From NCBI RefSeq assembly GCF_006345805.1, contig NC_042998.1, forward strand, positions 165,602,001-165,666,000: a stretch of 64,000 nt of DNA, read 5' to 3'. Positions within the stretch are counted from its first letter, which is position 1, and every line of letters starts with the position of its first letter. The notes below the pieces were generated by a model that was given only the letters and a program-made list of their open reading frames with translations, was not told the DNA's origin and did not search any database. The DNA comes from Octopus sinensis (Eukaryota). A program made the translations under genes and the position numbers. This document shows, piece after piece, positions 38,609 through 50,642 of this stretch.

Positions 38609-40470
38609 CACATCCAGACTCGTCCGGGCTTATCCATGCTCGTACAGGCTTGTACAAGATCTTGCGAGTCCGTCCAGCTTCCACCAGATTCGTATAGACT
38701 TGTCCAGACTCCTCCAGTCTTGTCCAGGAAGACTCATATCGAGCCTAATTAGTCCAAGCCAGAGTGAAATCGTTCACGATTGTCCAAGCACGTTCGCCAA
38801 AGATCTTCTAATCTTGGCCGTTACGTCCAAGTGCGACAGGAATCTTCCTGATTCGACTGATTCATCTAGGCTCGTGCAGGTTAATCCAGGTTCGGCCAAG
38901 TTCGTCGAGGCTTCTCCACGTTCAAGTCTTGTCCCGGCTTGTCCAGGATATTCTAGACTTGTCAGGGGTAAGTGCAGACATTTCTGAAATCGTCCAGGTG
39001 CATCTAAATAGACTCAGGCACGTCGAGCGAGGACGGCAATCTTCCAAGTTCCTCCCATCTCGTCCATCATCCTCCAGGCACGTATAAGCTCGTCTAAGAA
39101 CATCCGAACTCACCGAGGCTCATCCAGGCGCCACCGAGTCCGTTGAATCTCTACTACTGTCCTAAAGTTTCCTCCATGCTCCTCCAATCACGTCCAGGCA
39201 AGTCAAGGTGCATCCAAACTCGTCCAGGGCTCGTTCAAGGCTCGTCCAAGCTCATCCGACGTTTACGAAAGGAATAGCAGATGCCGCCGACCTCCACCCT
39301 CCTGCCACCGAGATTAAGCTTTGCTGTTTCAATCCACCGACGCTCTATCGCAGCCGACATACAGTTCTCATTCCCCAGTGGCACTCTGTTGCATCGTCGG
39401 GCAGTGTTTATGTCTGTATATTATTTCCGTCACCAACTAGAACGCTGAAGCTCAGTTATACTCATCTAAACTCGTTCGAGATTGTCTACATTCGTCCAGG
39501 CACCTCTAAGTTCATCGAAGATCGTCTGCCAGCATTGCAGCTTCCTCCTTTCCTCGAACTGCCCTATCGACAAACGGACAACTGACGTGTTAAGGAACCT
39601 GTGTATCCATGAATTGTTTTTGCTACCGACCCGCACGTCGAGGTTCGTTCAGACTCATCCAGGAAGCCACACTCTCGCTAGGGCAAATCTGAAAGTGTCC
39701 AGACTCGTTCAAACTCATCCAGGCGGCGTCCAGACTTATCCAGTACCGTTCAAGTTTATCCAGGCTTGACTAGAACCCTTCAAATTCGTCGAAAGTCCAC
39801 GACATTTCTCACTGAGTGTCCGAAATTGTACAGGCTCGTCCAAATATGTCCAGCTTCTCCAGCCGCGACCAGCGTTATCCAAGTTAGACCAGACTCATTC
39901 ACACTCTTCCAGATTCTTGTACATATGACCACATTTGTCCAGTCTTGTCCAAGCTTATCCATGCAGATACAAGCTCGTCTAGGCACATCTGAACTCGTTG
40001 AAGTTCGCACAGTCAAGATAGTTGAAAGCTAGTCGTGGCTCGTCCAGATATGTCCGAAATTGTGAAGATTCGTCCGTTCTCATCCACCTTCATTCATCCA
40101 GGTTCGTCAAGTTCCATCCAGGTTCTTCTAGGCTCGTACAGGCTCTTCCAGACTCGTGCACGCTCGCGCCCACCCACGACTGGCCCAGGGTCGTACACGC
40201 CTGCACAGTAAGTGCGGAATCGTCAAGGTTAGTCCAAGCTCTTCCGAAATCATCAAGGCTGGTTCAGTTACGTCCAGGTTCTTCTAGTCTCGTCCAAGAT
40301 ACCTCTAAAAAAGTCCAAGCTTGACCAGCACCTTCCAGTCTCACCCAGTTTCATCCAGACACGTCGAGTCTCGTCCGAATTCGTGCACACTCATGCAGAT
40401 TTGTCCAAATTTTCGCCCAGCTTCATCTGAGTACGTGCAGGCACGATCAGTCTCGTCCAAGTTCATACAG
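38609..40470. repeat. Degenerate 10-bp tandem array, consensus about RCTCGTCCAG
   Basis: For example ACTCGTCCGG|GCTTATCCAT|GCTCGTACAG|GCTTGTACAA ... ATTCGTATAG|ACTTGTCCAG|ACTCCTCCAG|TCTTGTCCAG. Interrupted around 39270-39480. Confidence 0.85.
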
Positions 40471-40572
40471 GTCGCTCATCTTATATCCCAGTCAAAGTAT
40501 TGTGACTTTTTGCGCTAATCGGCGGCCACATGGTCTCTCACTGACAGTTTGTAGAGCCTCCGTTTTCAGTGT

Positions 40573-40620
40573 TCGATACTGAGAGGAGATAACTACTCCG
40601 AAACACGTGCACTCATCGAT
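40573..40620 (+). ncRNA. Degenerate HHR-like motif (N7 missing)
   Basis: CUGA-GA-GGAG(AUAACUA)CUCC-GAAAC; stems I and III are poorly resolved. Related to 45906-45944. Confidence 0.4.
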
Positions 40621-41459
40621 CCGAGTAGGGGACGCTCCGGAATGGAGCACTGAGGCGAAAGAACATGTTAACTATATATTGATTAAATTATAATCTAAGC
40701 AGTTTATTTTAAGTTGTGAAGATACCAGTATTGTTTTATATAAGCTAAGTATGAATTTATAGGGGCACAAAAATTAGGTTTATTTTATAAAGACAATTAC
40801 AGAATATTAAAATGATCTGGTAGAATAGAACACCATGCAAAAGGAATAAAATAGCTTAATCATTTAAAACCATGATGAAGTATATATAGACCTTAGAAAC
40901 ATCAACAGAGAAGACTTCTAGAAAATGTATAGTAATTCAAGTATTTAAACTAAAAATTGTTTATTTACTTAGTTTTATGTGTGTTAATCCATACCTAATA
41001 TTGTAGTTTCTTAAGTGTAATTAATTAGGACTACTTTCAAAAAGGCCCTTATATATACTAAGATCAGGCGGGTGGAACACTTTAAGAAAGAGATAAATAA
41101 AGTAATTACTAAAACAATGATAATATTTGATCAACTAGGCAAGAAAAATTCATATGGATAGTATACTAACTTTGTTTAGATCATTAACTAACTATGCTAT
41201 ATAGCTTATATTGTAATATATGCAATGTGCTTTAATTTCAGATTTAAAATATTAAAAGTAAGTATCCGTCAAAATCAGTACTACCCCACCTGATCATTCC
41301 ATTCTACTTTGTTTAGCACACTAACTAACTATACTATATAGCATTCATTATATTGTAATATATGCAATGTGCTTTAATTTCAGACTAAAAATATTAAAAG
41401 TAAGTATCCATCAAAATCAGTACAATCACAAGACCTATAAAGTGCTACTTTCGAAAATA

Positions 41460-41830
41460 TTTAAAAGTACGGGTGACACTATGTACGCATGATACCCTAA
41501 GGTCTAATCTATTACTAATCAGGTTGCCTTTATCTTTATGCTTAAAAATTTCATATGTTTCCATAGAGCACAGCTCATACCCATATCTACTATTTCTATA
41601 AGGCTGTATTTTTCTTATTATTTCCCATTTGAGGCTAAACCCAATTCTACTGAATAATGTCGTACAATTCGCTTTATGTTTAAGTTTTTTAAGGAATATA
41701 AGTGGTTGTATAGACGTTATTTCAAATTAATGGAACAACCAATGTATATAAAATTATTAGTTGTAGTTATTATTGTACATTTATAAATTACATTCTGGGT
41801 AAGACATCGGCCTAATAACGGACAGCGAGA
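41460..41830 (-). pseudogene. Penelope-like GIY-YIG endonuclease relic (a different PLE lineage)
   Basis: RCPLLGRCLTQNVIYKCT....FIYIGCSINLK*RLYNH, then after a frameshift LKWEIIRKIQPY....ELCSMETYEIF......LISNR. Confidence 0.85.
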
Positions 41831-42514
41831 TTTAACACTATAATTGCAACTAGGAGAAATATTACTATTAATATTAGTATAATTAAGATTCGTACTGATT
41901 TTTAACGGCGAAATTTTCCGTTTTCATTTGCAAAACCTCTCACTCTCTATTTTAATGTTTTCATTTCAAGTTTTAATTCGCTATTTGCAAACAAATATTT
42001 ACTACGTTAACAAATTTAATTATTCAGTACAAGATAGCTTTTAACGAGCTTTTATTCATACGATTTCTTCATTTCGTGTTTATTTCATACATTGTTTGCA
42101 ATGTTCTCTCTTCCCCACTCCCTCCCTCTCTCTCTCTCTCTCTTTCTCACACACACACACACAAGTCAGTCACGCACGCACACGTGTGTTTTTGTATGTA
42201 TGTTTGTATACATTTATGTATTGGTGTGTTTGTATGTGTGTCTGAGAGAGAGAGAGGGAGAGAGAGAGAGTCAGTCAAAGGGTGTATGTCATGTATATGT
42301 ACATACATAAATACGTATGCATACATCTTTTTTCATGTGTGTATGTGAGACAGAGTGATGTCTAAGTGGCACTCTCACTCTCTCTCTCTCTCATGCACAC
42401 ACACTCACAAACACACACACGCACACATACATACAAAAAGATGTATGTACATATACACGACAACACACCCCTTCTCTCTCTCACACACATGCAAGTCCAT
42501 TTAATCTGATATTT

Positions 42515-42584
<70 letters not shown>

Positions 42585-42774
42585 CATTCCACAACAGCCA
42601 TTTATTTCAATCACTCTTGTGAAGATATTCACGCAACTTATTTTTTTCATTTAATCCCCATTTTAATTTTCGAAAATGTTTCCGAAAACAATGTACTTAC
42701 ACTGAAGAAGAGGAGTCGGAGGAGATGTAGACGATCAGTATTCTACAGTGAAGCAAAGACGAGTACAAGAAGCC

Positions 42775-44037
42775 AGAGTCAATGCTGAATTCTGTAACTC
42801 TCTTAACTCTATTAAGTATATTTGCAAATATATGAACAAAGGTTTAGATGCTGCAACATACACTCCTATGCAGAATGGCAGTCAGCAGATGAATAAAGAC
42901 AACGAAGTATGACAGAGTAGGATACATCAGTACCGATGAGACATTTTGGTGCATCTTCAATTTTCCCATTCATAAGAGGCACCCAGCCATCATTCATCTC
43001 AGTGTCCATCTAAAGAATAGCCACAGGGCTGGTTACCTTTACAAAACAAACAGCCTTGCAACAAGCACTTTCTCAAAAAGAAACCACCCTTACTGCCTTT
43101 TTTAAGTTGTGTCAAGTAGAAAAAGATGCAAGAAAACTCCTTTACCCTCAATTACCCAAGTATTACACCTGGAGAAGCAATAAATGGCACAAGAGGAAAC
43201 GTGAAACTGACGCACTTGCAAGAGTTTACAGTGCCCCCACCCCGCTCAAGCGAAGCAGAATGCTACTAATTACAGCTCCTTTTGCATGAAGTGTGTGGGC
43301 CCAAATCATTCCAAGATTCGAGGAGGGTAAACGGTCATGTGTGTGAAACTTATAGGGAAGCATACTATCAACAAGATTTTTTTAGAAAATGATAAGAACT
43401 AGGACCTTGCATTCACTGAAGCATCAGTATCAGATTCTCCAAGGAAACTCCATAACCTTTCTGCAATTATACTGAACATGTCAACTTGGCAGGCCTCAAC
43501 AGTTTTGTATGAAACATGAGGACTTAAAGTAAGCAGTTCAACAGGCAAACCCAAATATCAATATTCAGTTCTCTGAGACAATTTTTAACCAAGCACTGAT
43601 TGAAATTGAGGATCAGGTTTTAGCCATGGAGGCAAAAATTTGCAAGAGTATGGCCCTGGACTGCCAAAAACAAACCATCAAATTAGTGATTTAACTTCAA
43701 GAGACATAGCAAGAGACACAAATTATGACATCACAGATTTGGCTGCCTTTGTGTACACGCGAAAACCCATTGTATCGTCCTGGTTTTGTCTTTTATGTTG
43801 TTATATCTTTTAATGTCTTGTATGTGATCCCTTGTGGCTAATAAAAGAATAAATTATTAATTTATGAATTCAGTATTATGAATTCAGAATTGATTTCCTA
43901 TTTGAAGAATAAATTGTATCCCAATTGACGAATAAATTGAATTTGGGATAACAAATTTCTATGCAACATATTTTGCTTTATTCTGCCAAAATATAAGGAA
44001 CAATTTCATTCTCGGGCAACTCCGAGTGCCTCTGCTA

Positions 44038-44039
<2 letters not shown>
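42775..44039 (+). pseudogene. Helitron RepHel relic with intact 3' terminus
   Basis: NAEFCNSLNSIKYICKYMNKG (Rep tyrosine motif), YISTDETFW..FPIHKRHPAIIHLSVHL, TTLTAFFKLC..LLYPQLPKYYTW. 3' hairpin CTCGGGCAACTCCGAG and CTAG|T end at about 44039. Confidence 0.9.
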
Positions 44040-44068
<29 letters not shown>

Positions 44069-44205
44069 TCAATAAATGGTGGGGTTGTGTTGACCGCACG
44101 TGGAGAAATGATAAGTAAGGAAAAATTTTTTTAAAAATGCAGAATGCTCAAATGAAAGAAAATTTTAATAAAATGAGAAATTGATAAAATATATAAATAT
44201 GTATT

Positions 44206-44246
44206 TATTCAACCGGTTTTCGTCATTGTATGACTTGTCAAGAATA
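44206..44246 (-). ncRNA. HHR-like motif with U3-A8 covariation (left arm)
   Basis: Exact reverse complement of 45549-45589. Confidence 0.6.
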
Positions 44247-45548
44247 TTTATGTTTTGAAAAAGTTTTTTTAAAAATTAGAAAGGGGAAAAAAAGAAAATT
44301 GCATTGTTTTTTGTAAAATAATAATGATAAAAATGTACAAAAATTAAAAAATAAGTTCTCCGATACATTGTGAGTTCGTTGTGTATCTTGAGTTTTATGG
44401 TTGTTCACGAAAAAATTACCTTGAGGTATTAAGATCCAAAGGGATTAAGAGCATGTGTTGTGTTGTTTAATTCAGTATGTTTGCAGGACAGGAAGTAGTA
44501 GTAATTGTGGTTCTGGTTCTTCAGTTCCTGTGTTGTGAGTAAGGGGAGACAACTCTTTTGAGTTCTTCAATAAAACCCAAATTATAAAATTATCATTTTA
44601 GCTTCATTTGCGTTATCTTTTTTATATAATTGCTTGTTAACTTAACTTTCAGATTTTAACACTTTATTTATATTATTTTCTAATTATATAAATCTGCAAT
44701 TCAAATTGTCATATAATTTATAATAAAAATGATAGTAATAACAACAATAGTAAGAATGATATTTAAAGAATATAAGTTTTAGCTTGAAGTGATGAATGCA
44801 TGGTATCTTTATATATTTGTGTTAGTCCATCCATGAAGAGTGAGGTAGAGAAAGGAAGTTTGATCAACGAGGAGTTTGCATATTAAGTTGTGTTTGGAAT
44901 TTTTCAATAAAGAGATTCTCCTTGTTAATTCTCTCCTGTGTGGTGATCCCGTCTTTACATTGGTAGAAGGGGAATATATAGAATTTGGGGTTTAAGTCTT
45001 TAGCACATGAGTCTAAGTGGTCACTCAGTGGAATTTGTCGGTATTCCGGGAGATTTATTTGTTCTTTATGCAGATTTATTTGTTCTTTAGCAGATTTATA
45101 TAATTAGAAAATAATATAAAGTGTTAAAATCTGAAAGTTAAGTTAACAAGCAATTATATAAAAAAGATAACGCAAATGAAGCTAAAATGATAATTTTATA
45201 ATTTGGGTTTTATTGAAGAACTCAAAAGAGTTGTCTCCCCTTACTCACAACACAGGAACTGAAGAACCAGAACCACAATTACTACTACTTCCTGTCCTGC
45301 AAACATACTGAATAAATTGAATTTGGGATAACAAACGGTCATGCTCTTAATCCCTTTGGATCTTAACACCTCAAGGTAATTTTTTCGTGAACAACCATAA
45401 AACTCAAGATACACAACGAACTCACAATGTATCGGAGAACTTATTTTTTAATTTTTGTACATTTTTATCATTATTCTTTTACAAAAAACAATGCAATTTT
45501 CTTTTTTTCCCCTTTCTAATTTTTAAAAAAACTTTTTCAAAACATAAA

Positions 45549-45589
45549 TATTCTTGACAAGTCATACAATGACGAAAACCGGTTGAATA
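45549..45589 (+). ncRNA. HHR-like motif with U3-A8 covariation (right arm)
   Basis: UAUUC-UUGACAA-GUCAU(ACA)AUGAC-GAAAA-CCGGU-U/GAAUA. Stem I is 5 bp, stem II is 5 bp, and stem III is palindromic with one extra A. Confidence 0.6.
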
Positions 45590-45677
45590 AATACATATTT
45601 ATATATTTTATCAATTTCTCATTTTATTAAAATTTTCTTTCATTTGAGCATTCTGCATTTTTAAAAAAAATTTTCCT

Positions 45678-45712
<35 letters not shown>

Positions 45713-45720
45713 CATACATG

Positions 45721-45778
<58 letters not shown>

Positions 45779-45905
45779 CACACACACACACACGCACACA
45801 CACACACACAGAGTGTGAGCGCTAAGTAGTGACGTATATGAACACAAACTCGCTGCTAGTTTAAATATGCTTGAGACACACCCGAACTCTTTCTTGTGTC
45901 TATGG

Positions 45906-45944
45906 CAGAAGAGGAGATAACCACTCCGAAATGCATGTAACTCT
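45906..45944 (+). ncRNA. Degenerate HHR-like motif
   Basis: CAGAAGA-GGAG(AUAACCA)CUCC-GAAAU-GCAU-GUA; U4A, no clear stem I. Confidence 0.35.
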
Positions 45945-47958
45945 GATTAGGTGCTAACTCGATGTATTTACACCACTTCGTCTACAGTGAGAAGATTTCT
46001 CCGCGTGTGTGCATGTACGTATGTATTTATGTTTTTACTTGCTTATGCATGTGCGTTGTACTTACATCCTTTATACTTATAATACACCTATACTTAAGTA
46101 CGTATGTACGTATGTATGCCCATATTTATACACTACGCAGGCATGTATGTATGCACTTATTTCTGAATGTGTGTGCACGCGTCTTCGTTCTTTCATTTGG
46201 CTTGCCTCAATGAGCTGCAGTGTTTGCTAAATAATAAAGCCCTATATTGTCCTTGTTGCTTGCAAGTATTTCCTAGTCGATTACCCCTTGTCAATCACAC
46301 CAAACGCAGATTATTTTCTCTCGTGTTTATAATTCTCTTGTGGATGTATGTGTCAATTTCCTCACGACTCGGTCATTCTTTCCTCTGCTTCATATTGATA
46401 CGAGAGCACCACTTTTCATAACCGGTGAAGATGTAGATAAGGAAATCTCTGTTCGTGTTCCACGTGTAGCATTGTGTCTTGCGGCAGCAATAGAGAAGTG
46501 CTGCAATTTGTCTTTTCAGCGCAGTGTGTAGTACTCAAGCACCGGGTTTTTAGGCCTTCCCCTTCGACTGCCGGGTCACGCTCTCTTGAGAAGATTCCCA
46601 TCTGTTAAGCCAAATCCCTAGTGGATTGGAGCGGATCCGTGGATGATCTGATTCAATGGATCTTCATTAAACTGTACAGATCGATCGGAACATGGAGAGA
46701 TTTTGATGTCTGAGAAAAAAGTTGTGTAGTAAGAATTGAAATAAGTTTTTTAGTAAGAATTGAGTTACAAAAACCATAAAGAAACTACGATAAAAATATT
46801 TTTAGTTATTTCAAATAGCATAGGAAAAAAACGAATGAATTAATCTGACAATCCAGTAACTTTGATTTACATAACAAAGACAAAATGTTTTTATTCGCTT
46901 GTGAGTATGCGTATGTTAAAATGTTAAAGAAAACATAAAAACATCCGCATTAATATCTCTTCTCCAAACACCTCTATTCAACTAGAAAAGGAATGTTTTT
47001 CAAGAAAGCTATTGTCTTTCTCTTCCTCTCCTTTTCTTTCTCCGCTCACTTTCTATCTCTCTCTCTCTCTCTCTTTCATATTATCCCCCTCTCTCTCTCT
47101 CTCCATTGACATTTACTTTTAACACAAGCTGAATTTTCACATACTCTTCATATACAATTGTAATGTCAGAGGCAAAGGAGAAGGGCTATGCGCCTTAGTT
47201 AAACAGATTAGAACAGATTAAAGAAAACCGAACGCAGGGGTGAGGTTGAGTTTTCACAACATATATTCTCTAGTTAGGAGAGTCCCAAGTGAAATATATT
47301 CAATGTCGACGCGAGTATTTCTGAGAGAAAAGATTTTAATCCGTGAGTCAACACATCTTGTTATTCGAGTGAGCCCAGAAAGTAAGCAACGCTAGACTAT
47401 TGACCATAGCTGCATCGGCAGCCAGATAAACAGGAGTGAGTGAATGCCTCTCCTGATCATATTCTTTATTTATCTCTGACGCTGGAGACTAAACAGAAAC
47501 TCTAGCCAACAGAAGGAAGGAACAATGAAAAAGAGATTATTTTTGTGACGTCCTTTTCCCTGTTTGCTCTTTCTTTCATTCACAACTTGCAAACAAAACA
47601 GGGGAAGCACGTTTCTTCATTCTTCTGTATGAATCTTGTCGGTTTAATAATTTATAGTGTGACTATGAAATAGCTTTTTTTTATGGCTATGGACTTTTAT
47701 AATAATAATAATAATAATGATAATAATAATAATTACAAAAGAAAATACTATCTTTACAAACAATAAGAAAACTTTGAAATGTCTATCTTTGAATGAAATC
47801 TAAAAGCAAACCACTTGACGCTATATATATTCAAAAGTATTTTCTAAGAAGGTCTTCGGATTAATCTTTAAATATATCGTCTCAATCACAGCTGTGATAA
47901 ATGAATGTTAATAGCATTTTCTTAAATTCTATTTAATCAGTTCCAGTAACCAAAAATC

Positions 47959-48751
47959 ATGAACGTTTTGACTATGATACGACTTGTGCAATATTCAGTA
48001 GTCTTTCTTGGTTTATCTCTGTTTTTCTTAGTAAATGAGTGCAATGCTCGAAAACCTCAAAAATCCATTTACATGTCTTACTGTCCGAAATTTTCATTTA
48101 CTCAACTCTACATTCGGGATCCAGATGATTGCAAGGCATTCCATATTTGTTTCGGGAGTAGATCCTGGAAAATGACCTGTCCGGGAAATACAGTCTTTTC
48201 CTCAAAATACAAAGTATGCGTGTGGTTAAACTCACCAAAAGACGACTGTGTAACACCGAAAAAGAAAACAACTTCACTGCTACAGAGATTTACATTTTCT
48301 CCCACATCGGATACCAAAAGGTGGCGAACATCATCAAACATGAAAAAAACAACGTCCTTATCATCAGCGCCAACATCATCAACAAAATTATTATCTTCCA
48401 CAGCAAAAATAATCACAACAACAATATCAACAAAGTTAAATCGAATTACAAAAAACAATGTATTCAAATCCACATTAGGTACTCAAACTAAGAGAATGAG
48501 TTCAATGTTCACCAAATTGTATAATCGAAAAACAACATCGAAATTATACACGAAGTGGTGGCCACGGAAAATAACAAAGTGGTGGGAAAATAAGAAGCCT
48601 TCAACCAAAACGAAAGCAAAGTTCTCAATGCCAACGTCGACATTGACGGAGATGAGAACGACAAAGATACCAACAGGGTCAACAGCAAGGTCAACAGACG
48701 AACAGCCAAAAATAAAGACGACAACCAAAACATTCTTCCAAAAAGAAACAG
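47959..48751 (+). CDS. First coding exon of a secreted chitin-binding (CBM14/peritrophin-A) mucin-like protein
   Basis: Hydrophobic signal peptide ending ..NECNA|RK; C-X15-C-X5-C-X9-C-X12-C-X9-C; T/S/K-rich stalk; donor ACAG|GTAAG at 48751/48752 (phase 1). Possible acceptors at 47940 or 47946. Downstream exons were not identified. Confidence 0.85.
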
Positions 48752-48772
48752 GTAAGCTGCTTGTTATAGCCA

Positions 48773-49110
<338 letters not shown>

Positions 49111-49209
49111 ATATGGTTGTCTGTATATCTGTCAATTTACCTGTCATTCTATCTAGATAGCTATCTAGCCATCACTCCATCTACCTCTCCTTCTTTCTCC
49201 TTCTCTCTC

Positions 49210-49267
<58 letters not shown>

Positions 49268-49527
49268 TAAAGATGTATGTATGTACATATATCTATGTAT
49301 GTATGTATTATGTACGTCCTGTGCCCACGTATACATATGCATATATATATATATATATTATCGATTTGTGTGTGTGTGTAAGTATGTATGTACGTTTGTA
49401 TGTATATGTATGTGTGTATGAGTGAATATATAACAAAGGTTTTATCATAGCATGCTTCGTTAAGTTTATATATATACTTGTATATATTATATAAAGTGCA
49501 TGTGTGTATAAGTGTTTGTGTGTGTGT

Positions 49528-49561
<34 letters not shown>

Positions 49562-49739
49562 CTGTCTGTCTGTCTGTGTGTGTGTGTGTCATTCACATTA
49601 CAAACAGTATCTTGATGCGAAATCGAGTAAAAATCTTTGTTTATAAGCTAGAACACTTGAGTCTTTTGTATTTATATTTTCCGAAAATGTGGATATAGGA
49701 ATGATATATGTATCATTTTCCAATTGAACATAAAGAATC

Positions 49740-49795
<56 letters not shown>

Positions 49796-49796
<1 letters not shown>

Positions 49797-50008
49797 ACAG
49801 TCTTGTTTTTATCACGTGCTTTCACTGGACTACCGAGTGCAGCTCTGTCTGCCTTGGGTACGTGTTATGGTATGTTGTTGTGCTCTTATTTTCACTGTAT
49901 TGAATATGTTTTACGTAGGATGTGTGCCGTGCTTAGTAGCACTACTTCCATGTCCTGGTGTTTTAATTATGTATTTCTCTGAATGTTTTTTATCACACCT
50001 AATGCGCC

Positions 50009-50019
<11 letters not shown>
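49796..50019 (-). mobile_element. 3' end of an R4/Dong-type (RLE) non-LTR retrotransposon in (AAT)n
   Basis: GALGVIKK-HSEKYIIKTPG..VLLSTAHILRKTYSIQ* (frameshifted) resembles the RLE C-terminus; short 3' UTR and (AAT)n on both sides. Confidence 0.7.
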
Positions 50020-50044
<25 letters not shown>

Positions 50045-50045
<1 letters not shown>

Positions 50046-50599
50046 GAGTGAGAGAGCAGTGCATGCCATCAAAGTGACACTGGGGTAAAATATACGAAGC
50101 CCAGTATACCCATCATGACTATCCGTCTGATAAGGGTACACCAGGCACGTGCATCACAACCATATGTGCGCGACATGGTGATCTCATATCATAATAAACA
50201 GCACATGACCTTGCAGGTGGGGCCAAGTTAGAATTTTCTTCTGGTCGAGTATTCCATCCTGCTCAAAAGGTCCCTGAATAAGGGTTGTTTAAGGATGTTG
50301 AACGAAATACCCATGTTTCCAGAGGTGAATTATTCGAACTCCAAAGAATTCCTCTCAACACATGGCTATGGTGCTCCCCCACTACTTCTGCTCGTGATCA
50401 GAGATGCACATATTGTCAGCCACTAAGGGACATACTCAGCTGGTTAAGGTCAAGCAACTGACAAGCAAATCTGTGGTATTGAGCAGAATATTTGCTGTAG
50501 CCCATCTTTTATACCAAGACAAAACAATGTACATAATAACACTTTCAATCAGTTAAGATCAGAACCCACGAGCGCCACTGCCTGGTACTGCATCAGGGC

Positions 50600-50602
<3 letters not shown>
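50045..50602 (-). mobile_element. Non-coding ~560-bp element flanked by (AAT)n on both sides
   Basis: Complex sequence bounded by (ATT)n runs; single copy in the window, so the repeat status is inference. Confidence 0.45.

Positions 50603-50642
<40 letters not shown>

Larger units (their letters stand above)
44066..45681 (-). mobile_element. 5'-truncated Penelope-like element with inverted terminal duplication (~585-bp arms)
   Basis: 44114-44697 is the reverse complement of 45090-45681. The spacer encodes, on the minus strand (45073-44864), LHKEQINLPEYRQIPLSDHLDSCA..FYIFPFYQC..ERINKENLFIEKFQTQLN*, homologous to the GIY-YIG C-terminus at 11665-11900. Confidence 0.9.

Noticed and set aside
38595-40518. 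ORFs with SRLVQ-like repeats as a repetitive protein gene
   Set aside because: These peptides are the automatic translation of the 10-bp array; the frames are short, overlapping and stop-interrupted.
41175-41424. ~110-bp AT-rich direct repeat pair as a retrozyme-like unit
   Set aside because: No ribozyme core found; best explained as a local duplication in the 3' region of the PLE relic.
44114-45681. Foldback/Mutator/Polinton DNA transposon with long TIRs
   Set aside because: No TSD was seen; the spacer encodes a PLE GIY-YIG C-terminus and the arms carry HHR-like motifs, which fits a PLE inversion better.
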